Below are positions 56,251 through 64,000 of a stretch of 64,000 nucleotides of DNA, piece by piece. This DNA is from Camelus ferus (taxonomy: Eukaryota): positions 22,568,001 through 22,632,000 of the forward strand of contig NC_045708.1 of assembly GCF_009834535.1 (NCBI RefSeq), in the 5' to 3' direction. The position numbers and the translations under genes are program-made. Under the pieces are notes generated by a model. It was not told the DNA's origin, made no database searches, and saw nothing but the letters and a program-made list of their open reading frames with translations. The first letter of the stretch is position 1; each line of letters opens with the position of its first letter.

Positions 56251-59200
56251 GGGGGTCCATCTGTACCTCGCCCCCTCCTTCTAAAAGAGGGTCTTTAAGG
56301 GAGGCTGGCTAATAAGGTGTCTGAGAGAGAAGTCAGGAAAGGCAGTGAATTGAGTATGCTCCCTTCCCTGGGTCTCTCCCCATTCCTCAGGCCCAGGGAA
56401 TGAGGCTGGGATGTGGGGGTCCTGCTTTGGGGTCTGGGGACAGCTTTACCCTCTAGGGTGAGGGAGGCAACTCTGCCTTTCCCATTTGGGATTCCCCTGA
56501 AAATGTCCACCCCCCACCAAGTTCCTCATCTCCTGAGCAGAATTGCTAGGAAGTTGGCAGAGGGAAGCAAGAGAGATTCCCCAACCCTCTCCAAGGCTGG
56601 GCATTACCCAGCCCCTGGGGACATCGCTGGCTAGCTCTCTGCTGCCCCTTGAAGCCAACCAAAGGTAGGAGCAGCAGCAATCTCTGTGCCCAAGATTCCC
56701 GCCAGTGCTATACCTGCATGACTTTACTGAAAGCTTCCATTAGGTGTCATTAGCCCCATTTTACAGATTTGGAAATAGAGACTCAGAGAGGCTAAGTAAC
56801 TAGCCCAAAGTTGCACAGCTAGTAAATGGCAGTCAGGACTCAAATCCTGGACTGGAGTTTAGGCCAGTGACTTTTCCAAGGGGAAAGAGGAAGAAGCAAC
56901 AGAGAACAGGATAAATAGAGTGAAGTGACCCAGGTTAGTTCCTGTCATGCTCCCGTTCACCTACAGAACAAAGTTCAAATTCAAGGCCTCCATGATCCAA
57001 CTTCTTTTCTATTAACTCATCCCTTGCTCCCTTGAATTCTGAGCTCTGTCAGATAAAGCATCCAGCAAGGCCCAGGGAGGTGTTGGTGAATGTTGATTGA
57101 ACTGAATTAATTGAATTTGTTCACTTTTCTGCCTCTAGTCCTTTGCTCACAGTGTTCCCTCCACCTGGAATGACCTTTCCCCTTGCGCATGATATTTTAG
57201 AGCTATCTAGCCCCAGGGTCTGGCCCACTGGCAGGGTGTTTGTCTGGAATCTTTGTATCCCTCGTTAACCTAGCATCTGGGAGATGGCGTTAAATCTTTT
57301 TGTTAAAGGAAAGGAGGGTTTGAAAGACTGGAGAAAGGAAGTGAGGGAGATGAGAAGAGAGAAAGGAAGAACAGGAAGGCTTTAGACTTTGGGGCCTGGC
57401 AAGGTCCATGGAGATCAGCTGGTGCTTTTTTTTTTTTTTTTCCGAACTAGTGAGGAAATGGGCCCAGAGGGAAGGGACCTGCCTAAGTGAAGCCTCATTG
57501 CTAGGCCATGTGAGATCCATGAGGGTCAAGGCCCTTGTCTGTCAGGTTCACTGCTGAATCCCCAGTGTCCTGCACAAGACTGGCCGGCAGATCTTATTGA
57601 CTGAGACAGGGACAAAGCCTGAACTAGAACTCAGTGGCCTGACTCTTGGTCAGACTGTCCAAGGCTCCTCATTGCTGTGAAATAGAGTTGTCACACTGGC
57701 CCCTTCCACTCTCTACCCCTCCCTTTTTTTTTTCAAGCTTCTTTTCCTCCCAGGCATACGCAATCTTTGCCTAAGCTGCCCCTGCTCCTAGAATGTTTTT
57801 TTCTCCATTTTTACCCATTATTTTCTTGTGATGCTGTCAATCACTTGGCTGTGCTGGCACCTCAAGGGTAGGCTTACGGCTCAGCCTGATCAATTAGTCT
57901 CCCATCTCCCCGATAGTGGTAATTGGCCCAAGGAATGTGGATGTGGTCTAAAAAGGGTCAATCACTGCTCTTCCCAGAGATAGGTACACTGAGACTGGGA
58001 GAAAGCAACTCTCCCTTCCTGGGATTTCTAAGCAGCTGCAGCCATGTTCCCTGCCCAGAGGAGCTAATAGGGGATGAGAGAGGAACAGAGCAACAGTCTC
58101 AGTGAGGTTGAATCCTTAATTCCACCCCAGTGGCTGCCCTGGTTCCTATAGTTCTTTCTTTAATCACTAGCTTATATCCTTTCCAGCCACTTGAAACAGT
58201 CAATTCCTTTTTTGCTTGAACTAACATCAATCACTTGCAATAGAGAGACTTTATCAATACAGAGGCCAAAAGTTTTTTCTTGCTAAAATAACAAGGGCCT
58301 CCGAAGGAGGGTAAGGAGTATTTACAGAGAGGGAGGCCCTTTTTCGGCAGAGTGGCAGAATGGGCTGTTAGGCAGAGTAGGGCCTGCATGGAGTTTGATG
58401 GGGAAGGAAACAGCAGGAATACTTCACTTAATGGAGAGAAGAACAGAGTCCTGGGGTAGAGGTGGGATGGGGTGGGTCTCCAGGAGGTAAGGGTGAAGGG
58501 GGAGAGAAGTGAAGGAGAGAGAAGCCAGCACTATGACCTGAAGCCAAGGATTATTCCGGTGAAGGGGAAAGATAGGCATGGAGGGGCTTTCAAGAGCTAG
58601 AATGTTAAAAGAGCAGCGCACTGAAAGGTCAAGTCTAAAGTCCAAGTAGACCCTTTCAAATAAGTATCTCCTCTTTCAATAAGCCTCCCATATTTGGGGC
58701 TGCCTGGGAGAGAGTTTTGTGTGGAAGTTGAGAAGGGTGTCCCTTTCAGGTGACCATGAGATCTGAAGCGCTCTGGGGGGCTGGGGCTTCTACTCCATGT
58801 GTATTAGGGGAGGGGTGTTGAGTCAACCATACTTAAATCTCAGGGGACACGAGACTAAACCTGACCTTTGGGTTACATTTTTTCCCAATATTAAAATAAA
58901 ATTTTAATAAATTAAAATAAAATTTATTAAAGCAAAATTTCAAAATAGGAAATACTCATTCAGCTTAAATACTACACTTTCAGGCAGCCTTCCTGTAGTG
59001 GGCCCCTCCCACAGTCGGATTTCGTGACATCAAGTCTGAGGATGCTGAGGAGTTTGCTAGCATCGCCTGTCATCTGGGGACGCCTGGCAAGTTGCTTAAG
59101 ACTCAGTTCCCTCACCTGTAAAATAGAAATATGAAATCAAAGTTTTTCAAACTCCTTCTTCCCCAGTCTTTTTCTGGCCCCAACAGTCAAAAGAAACCAA

Positions 59201-59692
59201 GGCTCAAGATGTACAGGGCAGCCCGTAACCCCTCCAACAAAGCCAGAGGTGCCCAGGGTCACAAAACAGCAAGCAGCAAAACCAAACTCCATCTTGGGAG
59301 AATTAAATGGGCCTGGGCCCGGTGTGGGTGGCCATTCTCTTTATTCTAAGTTGTCTATCCACTCCCTCCAGTCACATGATTCTCTGAACCCTGGGTCCCG
59401 AATAGTAATGCGAATTTTACTGGATAACCAAGGAGAGCGATGGGGAGAAGGATGAGGGGAGGGCCCTAGCAGAGGGACCCTGGGGAGGGGTCACGACTAG
59501 CAAGAAATGGGGGGACAGGCTGGTGCCCTACAAGAAGAAAGCAGACTGGAAAGGGCGGGCCCCTAGGGCTGGGTCCAAGGGAGGAGGCAGCAGAAGGGAA
59601 GGTGTTGTTGGAGGCGGAGCAGCTGGCGGCCCAATCCGACGGGACAGACATACACGGCCAGCCCAGAGTAGAAAGAACAGTTTATGCTGTGC

Positions 59693-59721
59693 TTTATTAA
59701 AATGTGCATCATTCTTTTATT
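59693..59721 (-). terminator. FAM229A polyadenylation signals (two AATAAA)
   Basis: TTTATT at 59716-21 and 59693-98, 110-140 nt past the stop. Confidence 0.8.
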
Positions 59722-59831
59722 TTAAAATGTGCATCATTGTCTCGTGCTCGGCGCGCGCGACCTCAGCGTGGTGGCCCGCGGCGGGCCTCGTCCCCTCCCG
59801 GCTCCCGCGGTGCCGCCGTGCGCAGGCGCAC

Positions 59832-60504
59832 TCAGGTGGCGCGGGCCCGGGGGCTCCCGCCCATGGCCAGGTAGACGTCGATGGGCACGTGCAGCAGCGT
59901 CAGGCAGTGGCAGCCCGGGCAGCGTCGAAGCGGCCTGGGGAAAGCGGGGCGCGACAGTGGGCGCTGAAGGCGGGGGCGGCCCATTCTGTTGGGGACGTAT
60001 CAAGGAGTGCACTTGGGGTCCTCCAGGTTCGGGCGCGCATGTGGGACCTTACGTGGGGCGGGGGCGGGGGCGGGGGGGCTCTGGGGAGGAAAAGTGGGCC
60101 GGGCCGGGGCGGGGCGGCGGGGAGGGGCGCCGGCCTCACCTGACCGGGTTGTGCTCCGTAGCTACCGGCTCCGGGCTGTCCTGGGACTCGGGGGCGGCGG
60201 CAAGGCCAGGGGAGTCTCCGGCCTCAATTGGGAATCTCCGACCCTGCGGGGGCTCCTGAGCACTCATGTCCAGGCCCCTGGGCGCTCTGCGCAGGGAGTG
60301 GCGGTCAGGCCGCTCCAGGGCAGCCTGGCGCCGCCTCCCCGCGCCCGCCCCCTGGGCTGTTGCTCACCTGCCGGAGGCCGAGGCCGGTCCCAGGCTGGAA
60401 GTAGCTGCCCGAGCCCTGGCCGCGGGAGGACGCTCCGGTCCAGGCGGAGCCGGGCAGGTGTCTGCGGCGCGTCCGGGCCCGGGTGCCGAGGGGGAGGGCT
60501 GCAT
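59832..60504 (-). CDS. FAM229A: Protein FAM229A, 128 aa; complement(join(59832..59934,60140..60286,60368..60504))
   Basis: ACAATG start; MQPSPSAPGPGRAADTCPAPPGPERPPAA...|RAPRGLDMSAQEPPQGRRFPIEAGDS...HNPV|RPLRRCPGCHCLTLLHVPIDVYLAMGGSPRARAT*; canonical GT/AG sites; 137+147+103=387 nt. Confidence 0.93.
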
Positions 60505-60998
60505 TGTGACCCGGGCCGCGACGCGCTGACCTCACAGAACCCGTTCCTCCCGCCAGGGAACCTCGCGCCGCCCAGACACTTAGCGCGGCGGCGAGCGGGG
60601 AGTTGGAGGGCTCGCGCTATGGGTCGCGCAGACCCCCAGCTGCCCGATGGGGGCGCAGGAGGCGGCTCCCATGAAAAGGAGTCTGGCATCCTGGGCTCCG
60701 CGCAGAAACCCGGAGCGCCCCCGACAGGCGGGGCTGCGACTCACCGCCAGGTGCAGGCCAGGCGCAGGCCAGGCGCGGGGTGCAGCGATGACTTAACCCG
60801 TGCTGGGTTTGGTGGTGGCTGCGCGGGCAAGTAGGGGCATTGCCCATTTCGGCCAAGGGTCACACAGCATTTACATCACAATTGGGCCAGAGTTTTAAAA
60901 TGTCTGGCCCTCTCCCTCCCCACTACCCGCGGCTGCTGTGTCCAGACGGAGAATGTTCTAGCGCTGGGGGCGGCTGTGGATGAAGTCCTTGGGGGGAA

Positions 60999-61250
60999 NN
61001 NNNNNNNNNNNNNNNNNNNNNNNNNNNNNNNNNNNNNNNNNNNNNNNNNNNNNNNNNNNNNNNNNNNNNNNNNNNNNNNNNNNNNNNNNNNNNNNNNNNN
61101 NNNNNNNNNNNNNNNNNNNNNNNNNNNNNNNNNNNNNNNNNNNNNNNNNNNNNNNNNNNNNNNNNNNNNNNNNNNNNNNNNNNNNNNNNNNNNNNNNNNN
61201 NNNNNNNNNNNNNNNNNNNNNNNNNNNNNNNNNNNNNNNNNNNNNNNNNN
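60999..61250 (+). CDS. TSSK3: TSSK3 exon 1 inferred inside N-gap (not visible)
   Basis: Exon 2 starts mid-kinase in phase 1; the N-terminal ~48 codons (G-loop, VAIK) are absent from readable sequence and the 252-N gap is the only place they fit. Confidence 0.45.
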
Positions 61251-61941
61251 TGGAGAAAGGGAGGGCTGGCTGAGGTGGGTGGGTGCTTCCTCCAGTCAGA
61301 AGGATCATTCCCTCCTCCCCTTTAGTCTGGAACCAAGGAGAGCAGGAGACTGTGGCTCTGGAGCAGGTCAGTGGGGAACAGAGGGATGCTGGGAGTGAGG
61401 AAAATCACATCCTCCAAAGTCCAAATTAAAGTGGCAGGAGGTGAAGGATCCCCAGAAGCAGACCCCAAGCTCACCAGGCCTTTCCTATTCCAGGAGGGGA
61501 AGAGAGATGGGCTAGGCCATGGCCAGAGCTAGCAGAGGGCAGGACCTGGTGCTAAGGCAGGTAGAGATGGGAAAAAGATAGGGCTCTTGGAAAGAACTGT
61601 GGGTCAGAGGCAGAGGTGAGAGGAGCTGGCTCACTGTGTTGTGGGCAAATCAGGCCTCATAACTGGAATTCAATAGCTTTGTCTAAAACTCCCCAAAGCA
61701 CTTTGATATCCATGGTCTCACAGGCTGCTCACAACACTCCCTGAAGCTGACAGAAAGTAGTTCCTTTGAATAATATATTAACTACAATAACAATAGAAGT
61801 GAACTTTCTTTGCTGTGTCCAAGCAGCTAGACATTTAAGACTGGTTGAAGGGAACCAAGGCACAAGATCCAGATGTAGTGGGCAGACAGGCAGACAGAAG
61901 GCTGGACTTGATACTCCATCTCTTTCCCCTTGTTTCCTTAG

Positions 61942-62605
<664 letters not shown>

Positions 62606-62779
62606 NNNNNNNNNNNNNNNNNNNNNNNNNNNNNNNNNNNNNNNNNNNNNNNNNNNNNNNNNNNNNNNNNNNNNNNNNNNNNNNNNNNNNNNNNNNNNNN
62701 TTTAGTTATCCTAAAACTTACCTACACCCTCCCCAGCCCTACTTCTCTTTCCCTTTAAAGATCTTCATGGAACCAGAAG

Positions 62780-64000
62780 GCCTCATTCAGACTTCCCTTT
62801 TATTACAGCTGACAAGTGATTTTTCATACAGGTGTTTAACTAAAGTTAATTAAAAATAGACCCCAGAATCATACACATACAGGAGGAGGAGAGGAGAAAA
62901 ATGACCAAGAGCAATTAGAACTACCACTGTTGCAACTTCCTTTCCAAATAAAAGCAGAAGCATTGGGAATGCAGAAATGGCCCTTGACTCCTTGTCTTGG
63001 TGAGAGGCCTGTTGGGGGCCCTGTCCCTTCCTCATCGCAAAGGCCAAACAGTCTGGGATGAGGACAAGGGACTTCCTCAGGACTCCTCCCCAACTCCACC
63101 CCTCCCCCAGGCTATAGCAGGAAGCCACCCTGCACATTGGCTCCTGGGGCAGCTGCTGTGGGGACAAGAACAGACCCCCAGACATCTTCCAGCTTCTGGT
63201 TGAATCTCTTTAATGCTGTTAACGNNNNNNNNNNNNNNNNNNNNNNNNNNNNNNNNNNNNNNNNNNNNNNNNNNNNNNNNNNNNNNNNNNNNNNNNNNNN
63301 NNNNNNNNNNNNNNNNNNNNNNNNNNNNNNNNNNNNNNNNNNNNNNNNNNNNNNNNNNNNNNNNNNNNNNNNNNNNNNNNNNNNNNNNNNNNNNNNNNNN
63401 NNNNNNNNNNNNNNNNNNNNNNNNNAAAAAACCCCACCCCGTCAAAAAAAGATTCAGCATTCTCTCCATCCCACCCCCATTGAAGGTTTGAAGTGGAAGT
63501 GACCACCACTCTCTTGGCGTCCCTGACCACAATCCCTTTAAATCATTGGTGAACACACCAGATTATGTACAAGAATCACCAGAGCAGCATTGTGAAGCAC
63601 CAGGGTCTCCAGGAATTCCTGCAGCCCCTCAGTCCCCCAAGAGAGGTGCAGCTTTACCAGGGTGGGGGTGAGAGCCGCAAAGACTGGGCCTGCCTTCAGG
63701 AAGAAGAGCTTCTGCAGAAGCCTGATGAGTCTCAAGAAGTTCACCCCCAGCATGTCCCTTCAAGAAGCAGAAGGGTTGAGGCGGAGAAGCTGGGCTTACC
63801 AGCGTTGTAAGTACTCAGCTCTGATCACTGCTCTGTACCGCTGGTAGCTGGCTTGTGTCCTAAGCTACAGGGGAGTCGAGGTGGGTTGCTGGTTGGACAG
63901 GGTATCTCGTCAGGCAACGCACGGAAGGGCCTGAAGTGGCCCCCTCCCTTCCTGGGGAGAGGAAGAAAAGCAAGAGCAGACTCTTGCAGGTGGCACAGCT
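62780..64000 (-). other. BSDC1: Probable BSDC1 3'UTR
   Basis: Synteny only (BSDC1 lies tail-to-tail with TSSK3 in human) plus minus-strand AATAAA at 62799-62804; no BSDC1 coding sequence recognised in window. Confidence 0.5.

Larger units (their letters stand above)
59620..60990. promoter_or_regulatory. CpG island over FAM229A and the FAM229A/TSSK3 divergent promoter region
   Basis: CpG-dense; genes are head-to-head. Confidence 0.7.

Noticed and set aside
60047-60139. Alternative FAM229A donor CAC|GTAAGG that would extend exon 2 by 87 nt
   Set aside because: The extension reads AGG TGA immediately, so it gives no in-frame isoform
63538-63847. Short ORFs near the window end as BSDC1 or novel coding exons
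   Set aside because: No recognisable BSDC1 peptide or convincing splice flanks; better explained as 3'UTR

Overview
Mammalian genomic DNA from the conserved LCK-HDAC1-MARCKSL1-FAM229A-TSSK3-(BSDC1) block (human 1p35 synteny). Four tRNA-Ala-derived, Vic-1-like SINEs point to a camelid, which is an inference. The window holds the last 10 coding exons of LCK (+), the complete 14-exon HDAC1 (+, 482 aa), MARCKSL1 (-, 2 exons), FAM229A (-, 3 exons, 128 aa), TSSK3 exon 2 (+, with two 1-bp insertions; exon 1 inferred inside a gap) and probably the BSDC1 3'UTR (-). Nine N-gaps hide parts of several exons. Introns and intergenic DNA carry MIR, L2, L1, MER2, MER20, MER58A, MaLR and ERV-LTR fossils. I found no prokaryotic features and no new protein-coding system. 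The unexplained structure is concentrated in the 20 kb between MARCKSL1 and FAM229A: an orphan CpG island with two candidate micro-exons, a solo LTR with 7 periodic CCAAT boxes and 2 octamers, and a CCAAT+CRE+2xRFX cassette resembling a spermatid promoter/enhancer. Also notable are an inverted SINE pair bracketing HDAC1 exon 2 and two T insertions in TSSK3 exactly 150 bp apart. Exon boundaries were read by eye; repeat boundaries are approximate and repeat family names are from recall, not a database search.
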